Below the pieces are notes generated by a model. That model was given only the letters and a program-made list of their open reading frames with translations, was not told where the DNA came from and did no database searches. From Cenococcum geophilum (lineage: Eukaryota), in NCBI GenBank assembly GCA_050273025.1, contig CP158636.1, positions 4,030,001-4,094,000 of the forward strand: a stretch of 64,000 nt of DNA, read 5' to 3'. Position 1 is the first letter of the stretch. Every line of letters begins with the position of its first letter. The translations under genes and the position numbers were made by a program. Shown here piece by piece: positions 35,851-48,900 of this stretch.

Positions 35851-38614
35851 ATTTTTGTTGCGTTTTTATTGCAGCCGAAAATTAGGGTCTACTTAAGTCG
35901 CAATTTGCGGCGATTTACATGGGTAGCCTATGTATTTGTAGCAAATCGCCGCAAGTTGCCGCAAATTGCTAAAATCGCGACTTACGCAGGTTTTGCAGAC
36001 CCCGATTTTCGCTTGCGACAACGTGCCCAAAAAAAAAAATCCTGATGATACGCAAAAATCTAAAAGAGAAAAACTAAAAATACCCTATAAGGATATATTA
36101 GGCACCGGATAAGCAATAGTATAAAAATACTAAGTATATACACAGCTGGCATCTAGTAAAAGTTTAGAAGTTAGGAAACTTAACACTTTAGCTAAAAAGA
36201 TTTCTTATAAAAGAATGCTTAGACGGATAATAGTAGTAAAAATGCCCAGAAAATATATATCTATAGTATATTAAGGACAAAAAGCGAACTAGGTATTAGC
36301 TAAAGAGTAAGCCAAGTATAATAGGATCTAGCAGCTAATAGTTAGGAAAAGTAGAGGCCTACAAAACTAAAGAAAGCTATTAGTAGAGCCTTAAACCCTT
36401 AAAGAAATTTAAGAACAACACCTAGATCTATAAGTTAAATAGCAGGATTAATAGTTTAAAGTATTAGTAGATAGTAGAGTAATAAGGAACTATATCTTAC
36501 TAATAATAGTAAAACGGATAGGGCTACCGCACAAATAAAAGGAGCACCTATATCTACTAGTTATAATCTTAGGAGATCTAATAGCCTATAAAGGGGGTAT
36601 TATTAATCTTAAAATAAGACCTATTTAACTAACTATTAAAAGAAGATAAGTCAAAATATCTTTTAATATATTACTATTAGGGAATAATAAGGTAGTATTA
36701 GGAATGCCTTAGTTACAGGAATATAATCTAAAGATTAATTAGGTTATAGGTTAGGTTAATATTAGAGATACTTAACGCCGCAAAATGCAATAATAAACTA
36801 AGATAGTATAGTACTAAGTAAGGGCAACCTATAAAGAAATAGATAAAGAACTAAGTTATATACTAACAAGATACTATAAGTATAGCAAGAAACTATAGTT
36901 ACTAAAAAGTAAAAAGCTATTAGAGTATATAGTATAAAACTATAAAATAGAATTAAAACTAGAAATAAGTCTAAGGTTCTTTCCAATCTATAAGCTTACT
37001 AAAAAAGAAAAGAGAGTACTAAAAGAGTTTATCTAAGAGAACTTATAAAAGGGATATATTAGACCATTACAGTTATTAGCAGAATATCTAGTACTATTTA
37101 TACTAAAGAAAAATGGGAAACTTAGGCTATACATTAACTATAAACAGTTAAATAGCATTACTAGAAAGAATAGGTATCTTTTACCCTTAATTAGTAAGAT
37201 CTAAGACAGAATCGGCGGTGCGCAAATCTTTACGAAGATAGATCTAAGATAGGCGTACCATTAGATCCGGATTAAGGAAGGTAATAAATAAAAAGCAGCC
37301 TTTAGGTTAAAGGAAGGACTATATAAACTATTAGTAATATAATTTAGGCTTATAAACACACTAGTAACATTTTAAAAACGTATTAACAATATATTAAGAG
37401 AACACTTAGATAAATTAATTATAGTATACCTTAATATTATTATTATCTACTTAATAAGTAAGGAAAAGCACGGAGAGCACGTTAAATAGGTCTTAAAGAG
37501 ACTATAGAAAAAAATAGATGCTAGTAGCAATTAAAAAATGCAAGTTCTTTACTAGGAAGATAAATTTCGTTAAATTTATTATTAAACTAGGCCAACTTAG
37601 CATAGATCTAAAAAAGATAGAGGCTATAGTGAATTAGTAAGAACTAGAGAACATTATATAGTTAAGGTTGTTTCTAGGGGTTTGTAATTACTATAAAAGG
37701 TTTATAGCTTAATAGTTAAAGAATATTAAGCCATTTATAAGATTAATAAAGAAAGAAGAACCTTAGGTATAAGAAGAAGAGCAGAGGAAACTATTTAAGG
37801 AGGTTAAGGAGTTATTTACTTAAGACCTAATCCTTAAGATCTACTAACTAAAACTAGAGATAGTAGTTAAAATAGACGTATTGGACTTTACACTAGGGGT
37901 ATACTTTCTATAAAAGTATAAAGACGGATAGCACCTAATAGCATACTATAGTTGGAAAATAACACCACTAGAACTAAACTATAACATCTATAATAAGGAG
38001 TTATTAGGTATAGTTATAGTACTTTAAGAATAAAGAGCATTCTTATAAGGTATAGAGAAACTATTTATAGTTAAGATAGATTATAAGAACCTAACGGGGT
38101 TCCTAATAACAAAAGAACTTAACTAAAGACAAGTTAGATAGGTAGAGATGCTTATAAAATACTATTTTAGGATTTATTATACTAAGGGTATAGATAATAT
38201 ATAAGTAAATGCGCTAAGCAGAAAGGCTAAACTATAAAATAATAAAAAGCTATTAGGGGCTTTACTATAAAAAGACATAGACGGATTAATCAGATATAAT
38301 TATCTAAAAATAATAGCAATAAGAGAAATTAGTTAGATTTATAAATTACTAAAAAGTAATTAAATATAAAAGATCTAAAAAGTATAAGTAAAGAACCTAG
38401 ACTTAAAGCAGTATAAAAACTAAGAAGTAATATATATACTAAGGGTTATTGTAAAAGAGTTTATTAAGTTATTTTATAGGGGATTAACTTAAGAATATAA
38501 TAGGGCTATAGGGTTAGTGTTAAAACTCTAAAAGGAGTATATTATTAATAGAATCTAGGGATTAGTAAGATAAGTTATAAAGGAATATCTAGATTGCTAA
38601 AGAAATAAACCTAT

Positions 38615-41600
38615 TATTACGGACGCTTTAAGTACAATATTACAACTACTAAGAGAGGAGTCGGAAGAAGCTAGTTGGTTGATTTAGGTACGGTCTAGGA
38701 TAGAACTGGTAGAACTATGTGATGAGGAATGGTAACTAAGGTCACATAATATGCTACGTATTAAACAAGAGGAACGAGAGGAACTTACGTACCTTACGTA
38801 TAAGACGTATATTACGTATAAGAAGGATTTTATAGGAGTACAGTTGTGTATTTAAGGACCCTTAATCCCTACCTAGATAGTTCCTTCCTTATAGTAATTC
38901 TCAGAATACAATTAGAGTTAATCTATTAGGCAACTACTCCACTAGTTATTATTACGTTGTTAACTACTGTTTTTGCATTTCCTATACACCTAGCCCATTA
39001 ACAGAACCTATTGTAGTTCCTACTATAAGATTCCATTATATAATCACTACTATAGTTACGGTATTAAATACAGAGTCAAATAACATGCCACTAAAAGCAG
39101 CCACTACGACGCCATTGACGGCGGCAACTACGTTAAGGTCAGGGGGTGACACTAGTATAGCGGACACTGACTCGCAACAACCTATAACGGTAAAATAATT
39201 ATAAGAAATAGTTAACTAGTTAATAGAGAATAATACGACACTTAAATAAAGGATTAATAGAATAGGCGCAGTAAAGGTTAAGTTACCATCAATTAAAAGA
39301 TTTTTAGGGGAGAGATTAAAGCTTAAAGGATTCCTTATATAAATGCATTTTAAAGTTACGCAAGAGGGAGCAAAGCTAGCAACACCTATGGATTAAATAG
39401 CGTATATAGGGTTATTCTTATTAGGAAGGGCACTTAAATAGTTTAAGCCTTACCTTATAAAGATATAAGTAAATAGAATAATAACTACGAACTAAGAGGT
39501 ACGGTTTATGTTTTTAAGCTAGAACGGATTTATAGAGCAACTCACACAAATATTCGGAGACCTGGAGGCAGTAACCACGGTAGAAAGAAAACTCCAAGAC
39601 ATTACGCAGCAAATATCAGCAATTAAGTATATAACGCAGTTTCAAACATTAGCAATATAAGTTAAGTGGAATAATAGGGCGCTTATAGCACAGTATAAAC
39701 AGGGACTTAAGGCTAAAGTCTAGGACGTAATTATTCTAATAGAAGATGTGGACACCCTAAGGGAGTTAATAGATTAAGCAATAAAGATTAACAATAGGAT
39801 CTACTAAAGGGAATAGACCAAGAGAGGTTAGGATAGAGTTCTATAGTTGTATAAGACGTAGAGTATATAATAACTAAAGTTAAGTTAGAAACTATAGTAT
39901 AGCGCAGAGCTAATAGACCTAAGTAGTACTAAAGAAGCCTATAAGAGATAAAGCAAGAAACTATGGAAACCTAGAGGTTAAGGATCTAGTAATTATAGGA
40001 CTAAGGAGCAGAGGCCAAACCAGGGATCTTAGTAGTAGAAGATGTTTAGGCGGACTCTATAGTAAAGTTAATAGTTTAGAGATAGAGCTTATATAAATTA
40101 CAGAAAATAGGGTTACTTTACGAGGGATTATAAAGATGGTTAGAGTCACTATGCAATAAAGGGAACTAGACTAATAGTATGTAACACACACGTATAGAGG
40201 GATAATAGTATACTGCAAGGAATAAAAGAGTATTTAATTAGAAGTTTTGCGTTTTGTTATAATAACGTATACTAAATTTATAAAGACGCTAAGTATAGTG
40301 TAAGCTATTGGCTATAGGAGCTAGAGTTAAGAGGACTTAAAGGAACTATAGAGTTAGATAAAGAATAAGATTAACTCTACGAGCTGGATTAAGATGTTAC
40401 AGTAATATACGGATAATGATTAGCAATAATAACAATAGAGTTAGAGTACTTATTAATTAACAGCGACGAGGATAGTAAAGGAACTAACTAGGGGTATCTA
40501 AACCTTAATAATATAATAGAAGTAGAGACTAAGACCGCCACAGAGTAAGGTTTAATAATGGGTATTATAACACCGTTGGATACGGTATTTATTGCTTTAT
40601 AAGACGGAAGAAGTAATATCTAGAGACGATTAAGCAAGCAGATAATTGCTAGTGCTAGCTCACCATTTAATAAAGGCAAAAGGCCAAAGGCTTAAGATTC
40701 TTAAGACAAGATAAGAGATAACTAAGATTCTTAAAACAAGATAAGGCATACCTAAAGACCCATAACGGACGAAAACTAATAAAGTAGGGCAGCAGCTTAG
40801 TTCAAAGACATATAAATGAGCTTAGGACAAGAATTCCTAACGGCATAAGATTCTTAAGATAAGATAAGTAAGATCTAGGACTTTTAAAACAAGATAAGGA
40901 CACCAAGTAAGCCTAGTTAAACTAAGGCTGGAGCTAAGCTTAAGATAGAAGCAAGCTTAGGATTAAAGAATCCAAGGGACTAAGAATTCGGAGCGCGAAT
41001 TAGGACACCCATAAATAAGAGGCAAGGAGCTTCTTTATAGATTAGAGAATCTGCAGCGTAAATAGTAATTAGCCTAGGAGACAAATATATAGACCTAAAA
41101 GACTTACTAGGGGAACACAGTATTTAGCCTAAAGATTAAAAAGTTAATACCAAGATTAAGAAGTACAAAGACTTTAAGGATCTACTCGTAAGACGCGACG
41201 TAAAGGAAACCATAGAGGAGTTTAGAGTAAGAATTACCTCATAGTAAGAACAGAAACTAGATAATAGATCTAGTACATTAGGACGTACAAGGAATAGAGC
41301 GCTAGTATAAAGAATTACCAATAGGCCTAGAGCAGGCACACTAAGAGCTAAGTAGCTTATTAAACTAGAACAAGAAGAGGATCTAGGGATTCCTACTAGG
41401 TTTGAAGAACAATATACTAAAGGCTGTCACAACGCAGCAATAAAGAGATATTTCCTTACGGATAAGCCGTATATACTTAAGCAGCTGTATTAAAAGTAGT
41501 ATAGGCAACGATATAATAATAAGTAGGAAGATTTTTATATATAGTTAGACGAAAAAGTTATTTAAGACTACCTAATTATAGAGAAGGCTATAACTTACAT

Positions 41601-44600
41601 TAAGGGAGCCTTAATTATAACATTAAAGGATCTAAAGGAGTAATTAGAGGACTAGAGAAGCAAGAGACGTATCTTAGTACCTACGAATAAAGTCGCAACG
41701 CTTAGATTAACACAAAAAAGGTTTAAACTTAAAGATAAGGATAAGCCGAGAGTTAACCCAAGACATTAAGCACATCACACACTATTGTAAATAGCATGCG
41801 TGGATAATGCATATAACATATATAGAGCACTAAAAGACAAAAATTAGAAGTATCTAATAAGGATATATTGGATAACGAATAAGGCGAAGTATCAAAATGC
41901 TAAGTATATATATAGTTGGCACTTAATAGAAGTTTAAGAATAAAGGGACTTAATACTTTAACTAGGAAGATTCCTTACGGAAGAATACCTAGATGGATAA
42001 TAATAGTGGAAATGTCTAGAGAACACCTATCTATAGTATATTAAAGATAAAAAGCAAACTAAGTATTAGCCTAAGTTAGACTAAGTATAAACAGGATCTA
42101 GTAGCTAGTAGTTGGGAAAAGTAGAGGCCTATAGGACCAGAGGGAGCTAGTAGTAGAGCCTCAGACCCTCAAAGGAATTTAAGGACGACACCTAAATTTA
42201 TAAGTTAAATAGTAAGATTAACAGTTTAAGGCACTAATAGATAGTGGAGCAATAAGGAACTACATCTCGCTAATAGCAGTCAAAAGAATGGGGTTACTAC
42301 ACAGATAGAAGGAACGTCCTTACCTATTAGTAACAATTTTAGGAGATCTAATAGCCTATAGAGGAGGTATTATTAATCTTAAAACAGGACCTATTTAGTT
42401 AACTATTAAAGGGAGATAAATCAAGATATCTTTTAATATATTACCATTAGGGAATAATAAGGCAGTATTAGGAATACCTTAGTTACAGGAATACAATCTA
42501 AAGATCGATTAGATTATAGGTTAGGTCGATATTAAGGATACTTAACGCCGTAAGATATAATAATAAGCTAAGATAATATAGTACTAAGTAGGAGCGACCT
42601 ATAAAGAAACGGAAAAAGGGCTAAGCTATATACTAAAGAGATACTATAAGTATAGCAAGAAACTATAGTCACCTAAGAGTAAAAAGCTGTTAGAGTATAT
42701 AGTATAGGACTATAAGATAGAATTAGAACCAGGAATAAGTTTAAGGTTCTTTCCAATCTATAAGCTTACCAAAGAAGAAGGTAGAGCATTAAAAGAGTTT
42801 ATCTAAGAAAACTTATAAAAGGGATATATTAGACCATCGCAGTTATTAGCGGGTTATCCAGTACTGTTCGTACTAAAGAAAAATGGCAAACTAAGGCTGT
42901 ATATCGACTATAGATAGTTAAACAGCATTACTAGAAAGGATAGGTATCCTTTACCCTTAATTAGCGAAATCTAAAATAGGATAGGCAATACGCAAATCTT
43001 TACAAAGATAGATCTAAGATAGGCGTACCATTAGATTAGAATTAAGGAAGGCAACAAATAAAAGGCAGCCTTTAGGTTAAAGGAAGGACTATATAAACCA
43101 TTAGTTATGCAATTTAGGCTTATAAACGCACCAGTAACGTTCTAGAAGCGTATTAACAATGTATTAAGAGAATACTTAAATGAATTTGTTATAGTATACC
43201 TTAACGACATTATTATCTACTTAATAACTAAGGAAGAACACGGGGAATACGTTAAATAGGTCTTAAGGAGACTATAGGAAGAATAGATACTAATAGCAAT
43301 CAAGAAATATAAGTTCTTTATAAGGAAGACTAATTTTGTTAGATTTATTATTAAACTAGGCTAACTTAGTATAGATCTAAAGATGATTAAGGCTATAGTG
43401 AATTAGTAAAAACCGGAAAACGTTACGCAGTTAAGATCGTTTTTAGGGTTTTATAATTACTGCAGAAGGTTTATAGCGCAGTGGTTAAAAGATATTAAAC
43501 TACTTACGCGGTTAATAAAGAAAGAAGAACTATAAGTATAGGGAGAGGAACAGTAGGGACTCTTTAAGAAGATTAAAGAGTTATTTACCTAGGAGCTAGT
43601 TCTTAAAATCTATTAACTAGGACTAGAGACGGTTGTAGAAACAGATGTATTAGACTTTATACTAGGGGCATATTTTATATAAAAGTATCCAGATAGATAG
43701 TATCTAGTGGCATATTACAGTCAGAAGATAACACTATTAAAGTTAAACTATAACATCTATAATAAGGAGTTATTAGGTATAGTTGCAGTACTAAAGGAAT
43801 AGAGAGCATTCTTATAAGGCATAGAGAAACTATTTATAGTTAAAATAGATTATAAGAACCTAATAGGATTCCTAATAACAAAGGAACTTAACTAAAGATA
43901 GGTTAAATAGGCAGAGATGCTTATAGAATACCATTTCGAAATTTAGTATACTAAGGGTATAGAGAATACACGAGCAGATACTCTAAGCAGAAAGACTAAA
44001 TTATAAAACGATAATAAGCTATTAGGGGCTTTACTGTAAAAAGACATAAATAGATTAATTAGGTATAATTATCCAAAGATTACAGCAACTTAAGAGAGTA
44101 AGTTAGAAAAAGTCTATGAGATACTAGAAAGCTTTTAGGCATAAAGAATTCTAGAAGTATAACTAGAAGATCTATAGTTAGATATATATAAAAATTAAAA
44201 GGTAAAGTATATCCTAAAAAGTATAGCAAAGGAGTTTATAGAAGACTTCTATAAGGGACTAACTTAAAGACATAACGGAGCTATAGGCTTAGTGTTAAGA
44301 CTCTAAAAGGAGTATATTATTGACAAAATCTAAAGGATAGCCAGGAAGGTTACTAAGGAGTATCTAAATTACTAAAGGAATAAACTAATAAGGCATAAGC
44401 CGTATAGAGGGCTATAACCTATTAAAATACCAAAGAGACTATAGGAGGTTATATTGTAGGACTTTATTATTAAGTTACTAAAGTTAAGAGATCCTATCAC
44501 CGGATAAGATTATAACGTAATCTTAGTAATAGTAGATAAGCTTATAAAGTGGGGATACTTTATAGCATATACGGAAGAAATCTTAGCGGAAAATATCGCT

Positions 44601-46645
44601 AAAATCTATGTTAAAGAAGTATTTATAAGACATAGAGTACTAAGTAAAATCATATTAGATAGAGATCTAAGATTTATAGTAGCATTTTAGGAGGTATTCT
44701 TAGCGGAGTAAGGAGTTTAAGCAGTAACTTTTACCGCATATTATCCACAGACAGACGGTTAAACGGAAAGATTAAACTAGACACTAGAGCAGTATCTAAG
44801 GCATTATATCAATCACGCATAGAATAATTGGGTATTGCTATTACTAGTTATATAGTTTGTATATAATATAACACCATAAGAAGGAATAGGTACGTCACTA
44901 TTTAAGGTAAATTATGGATATAAGCCAAGAACATTATTATCGCTATATTAAGTAAAGAAAATAAGTAGCAGAGCTAAGTAAAGAATAAAGACTTTAATAA
45001 ATCTTTATGCAAACCTTATAGAAACAGCTAAGGTAGTATAGCAAAGAATGAAAAAATACTATAATGCTAAGAGATCTAAGGGACTAGATCTTAAGGAGGG
45101 AGATAAAGTATAGCTACTATACAAAAATTTTAAAAGTCAACGACTAAGTAAGAAGTTGGACTATATTAGACTAGGACCTTTTAGAGTTATATAGGGGGTT
45201 TTACCGGTTATATTTAAGTTAAACCTACCAGCCAAAATAAAGATCTACCCTATATAGCACATTGCGATACTAGAGCCAGTATATAGGAATATTAAGCCAC
45301 CGGTTTATAAAGCAGATATATATAGAGGATAGGAAGAAGACAAATAGCAAGTTTTAAGGATTATTAGTTATAAGGACATTAACAATAAAACATAGTATAA
45401 GGTTAAGTAGATAGGCTATATTAAGACTACCTAGGAGCTACTAGAGAATTTAAAAAATGCTATAGGAAAGGTACAGGAGTATTAGAAGAGAAAAGGTCAG
45501 GTAATATTAATAAAGGGGAATTACTAAAGAACGAGTCACCTAAGGGGGACCTAGGAAGAGCGACTGCTAAACTACTTAGAGTTATTCCCTTTATTACAGG
45601 AGGAGAGCCAGCTTTCTTATTACCCAGTTCCTAAAGACCTTGTTCTATAAGTTTTTACTCCTTAAAATAAACCTTCTTACGAACCTTCTTAAGGCGAAGT
45701 AATTAAGTAAATGCCGCGATATAAGTATCTAGGGCCTTCTGTTCCGCATTACAAGAACGTTCTAATTTAGCAAGGGCTTAAGATAGTTTACTATCTAGCT
45801 GCGCAGTAGCAGATTAAATATAAGACCCTAAGATAAATTAATTAAGGAACCAGACGACTATTAAGAGTAATAGGTCGCGCACATTTAGTATTAGAGGTAG
45901 AGTAAACGTCACAGGACAAATAAATATTCACTTTAGTGCACTTTAAGCAAGAGGACGGTTATTGGGAGGAAGGACCCGCCAACGTAATATAGACTAACCC
46001 CTCTTTTGTATAACGAGAACACAGAAACAGTATAATCTTACTAAGAGATAATATCACAGCAATAGTATGGGCATGATGTTGGGCGTATAAAGAAGAAATT
46101 GCTTTAGGTATAATAAGTAACAATATTAACCAAATTAATTAGACGGATATTATACCTCTAGTAAATAACTTAGAGATATTTCAAATCTTCAAGGATAAAG
46201 ATAAAGAGGAGGGAGATGGTGTTACGGACGCTTTAAGTACAATATTATAACTACTAGGAAAGGAGTTAGAAGAAGCTAGTTGGTTAATTTAGGCACGGTC
46301 TAGAATGGAACCGGTAGAACTATGTAATAAGAAATGGTAACTAAGGTTATATAATATGCTATGTATTAAATAAGAGGAACGAGAGGAACTTACGTACCTT
46401 ATATATAAGACGTATATCACGTATAAGAAGGATTTTATAGGAGTACAGTTATGTATTTAAGGACCCTCGGTCCCTACCTAGATAGTTCCTTCCTTATAGT
46501 AATTCTCAAAATATAATTGGAGTTAATCTATTAGGCAACCACTCCACTAGTTATTATTACGTTATTGACTACTATCTTTGCATTTCCTATACACCTAGCC
46601 TATTAACAGAACCCATCGTAGTTCCTACTATAAGGTTCCGTTATA
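38615..46645 (+). mobile_element. Chromovirus gypsy element B, copy 2 (uninterrupted, about 8.0 kb), nested in copy 1
   Basis: 426-bp LTRs at 38615-39040 and 46220-46645, with perfect 5-bp TSD CCTAT. Contains gag, protease LIDSGAIRNYIS, RT (YLNDIIIY from YLDD), RNase H (ETD..D, YDKELL), integrase (YHPQTDGQTER, GP F) and a chromodomain (YEVKW.GY..TTWEP.ENL). Confidence 0.95.
45530..46111 (-). pseudogene. Antisense spliced Cys-rich ORF in the 3' region of gypsy B copy 2
   Basis: De-RIP reading is MPKA.SS....IAVILSLGEIMP.PCSRCAKEGLVCI.LAGPSSRQPSSCSECTK.N...SCDV.S, then a GTGCGC..TAG intron (45882-45828) and a coiled-coil-like exon. The 3' end is approximate. Confidence 0.7.
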
Positions 46646-47789
46646 CCTATAAAACATAAGCTATATAGAGGGCTACAACCTATTAAAATACCAGAAAGAC
46701 TATGGGAGGTTATATTATAGAACTTTATTATAAAGTTGCTAAAATTAAGAGATCCTATTACCGGGCAAGATTATAACGTAATTTTAGTAATAGTAGACAA
46801 GCTAATAAAGTGGGGATACTTTATAGTATATACGGAAGAAATCTTAGCGAAAGATATTGCTAGAATTTACGTTAAAGAAGTATTTATAAGATATAGAGCA
46901 CTAAGTAAAATTATATTAGATAGAGATTTAAGATTTATAGCAGCATTTTAAAAGGTATTTTTAGCGGAATAAGAAGTTTAAGCAGCAACTTCTACTATAT
47001 ATTATCCGCAGACAGACGGTTAAACGGAAAGATTAAATTAGACACTAGAGTAGTATTTAAGATATTATATTAATTATGCATAGAATAATTAGGCATTATT
47101 ATTACTAGTTATACAGTTTATATATAACGCGACACCTTAAGAAGGAATGGGAACATTACTATTTAAGGCGAATTATAGGTATAAGCTAAAAACATCGCTA
47201 TCGCTATAATAAGTAAAGAAAGTAAGTAGTATAGCTAAGTATAGAATAGAGATACTAATAAATCTTTATATAAACCTTACGGAAATAGTAAAGGTAGTAT
47301 AGTAAAGAATGAAAAAGTATTATAACGCTAAGAGATCTAAGGGACCAGATCTTAAGGAGGGGGATAAAGTGTAGCTACTATATAAATTTTTTAAGAGTTA
47401 ACAACTAAGTAAAAAATTAAACTATATTAGACTAGGACCTTTTAAAATTATAGAGAGGATTTTACTAGTTATGTTTAAGTTAAACCTATTAGCCAAAATA
47501 AAGATCTACCCTATACAGTATATTGTAATATTAGAGCTAGTATACGAAAATATTAAGCCACTAGTCTATAAGGCAGACATATATAGAGGACAAAAAGAAG
47601 ATAAATAGTAAGTTTTAAAAATTGTTAGTTATAAGGACGTTAATAATAAAATATAGTATAAGGTTAAGTAAATAGGCTATAATAAAACTACCTAAAAACC
47701 ACTAGAAAATTTAAAAAATGCTATAGAAAAAGTACAGGAGTATTAGAAGAAAAGAGGTTAGGTAGCATTAATAAAGAAAGATTACTAAA

Positions 47790-48372
47790 GAATAAGTTAC
47801 CTAAGGGGGACCTAAAAAGAGCGACTGCTAAATTACTTAAAGTTATTTCCTTCCCTGTTAAAAGAGAATCTATTCTTTTATTACTAAGTTCCTATAAACC
47901 TTATTCTATAAATTTCTACTCCTTAAAACGAACCTTCTTATAAACTTTCTTAAGATAAAGTAGGCGAGTAGATATAGCAATCTAGGATTTTAGGGCCTTC
48001 TACTTTATATTATAAAAACGTTCTAAATTAGCCAGGGCTTAAGTTAGCTTACTATTAAGCTTTACAGCGGCGGATTAAATATAAGACCCTATAACAAATT
48101 ACTTAGGGAACTTAAAGACTATTAAGAGTTATAGAATGCGTATATTTAGCGTTAAACGCAAAGCGAACGTCATAGGATAATTAAATATTCGCTTTAGTGC
48201 ACTCTAAATAAAAGGACGGTTGCTAAAAATATAGACTTATTAACGTAATATAAACTAACCCCTCTTTCGCATAATAAGAACACGGAGATAGTATAATCTT
48301 ACTAAGCGATAATATAGCAGCAATAGTGTGAGTATAACATTACGCTTATAAAGAAGAAGGTGCTTTAGGTAT
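47790..48372 (-). pseudogene. Antisense spliced Cys-rich ORF in the 3' region of gypsy B copy 1
   Basis: Homologous to 45530-46111 (PCS.C.KEGLV.I...QQPS.C.ECTKAN....DVR). Confidence 0.65.
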
Positions 48373-48900
48373 AATAAGTAATAATATTAACTAAGTTAAT
48401 TAGATGGATATTACACCTCTAGTAAACAACTTAGAGATGCTAAGAATCTTTAAGGACGAAAATAAAAAGGAGGGAGATAGTATTACAGACGCTTTAAGTA
48501 CAATGTTATAACTACTTAGAGAAGAGTTAAAAGAAGCTAATTAGTTAATAAAAGCACGGTCTAGTATAAAGCCGGTAGAACTATATAATAAAGAGTGGTA
48601 AGCGAGTTATATAATATTATACGCAGTATATATAGTGTATAAACGGAATGTACGTATAATATATATAACACGTACCTTACGTATAAGGACAGTTTCTTAG
48701 GAGTACGGATATATATTTAAAGGACTATAGTTCCTACCTAGATAGTTCCTTTCCTTATAGTAATTCTTAGAATATAATTAGAGTTAATCTGTTAGGCAAC
48801 CACTTCACTAGTTATTATTACGTTATTAACTTCTTACATTACCTATATACCTAGCCTATTAACAAGTCTACCGTAGTTCTTGCTATAAGGCTCTATTATA

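Larger units (their letters stand above)
27592..36047. mobile_element. Unclassified non-autonomous TIR element (about 2 kb of its own sequence), interrupted by an AcademH-like element
   Basis: CATTAGGAATTTTTTTTTCGGGCTCGTTGTTGCA at the left matches the reverse complement of the right end, CATCAGGATTTTTTTTTTTGGGCACGTTGTCGCA. Sub-terminal TTGCGGC repeats are present. Removing it restores the gypsy B sequence (compare about 54460 and 41805), either with an AT duplication or with none. Confidence 0.8.
24402..48900 (+). mobile_element. Chromovirus-type Ty3/gypsy element B, copy 1 (hosts a TIR element and copy 2)
   Basis: 420-bp LTRs at 24402-24821 and 48481-48900, flanked by cctctat/cctttat, with a PPT before the 3' LTR. 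Contains gag (KVKLP.IKRF.G.R.KLKGFLTQ), a CCHC knuckle, protease (about 36465), RT/RNase H (about 36950-38230), and integrase plus chromodomain (46650-47780). Confidence 0.92.

Noticed and set aside
34990..36045. 351-aa ORF (ELRVELRAE...) and the overlapping RASC/EALH ORFs
   Set aside because: These are by-products of a stop-free 12-bp tandem array that is open in several frames on both strands and runs into a TIR. There is no evidence of a real gene.
46736..46951. 71-aa ORF listed in the track
   Set aside because: It is only a stop-free fragment of the RIPed gypsy integrase, not a separate gene.
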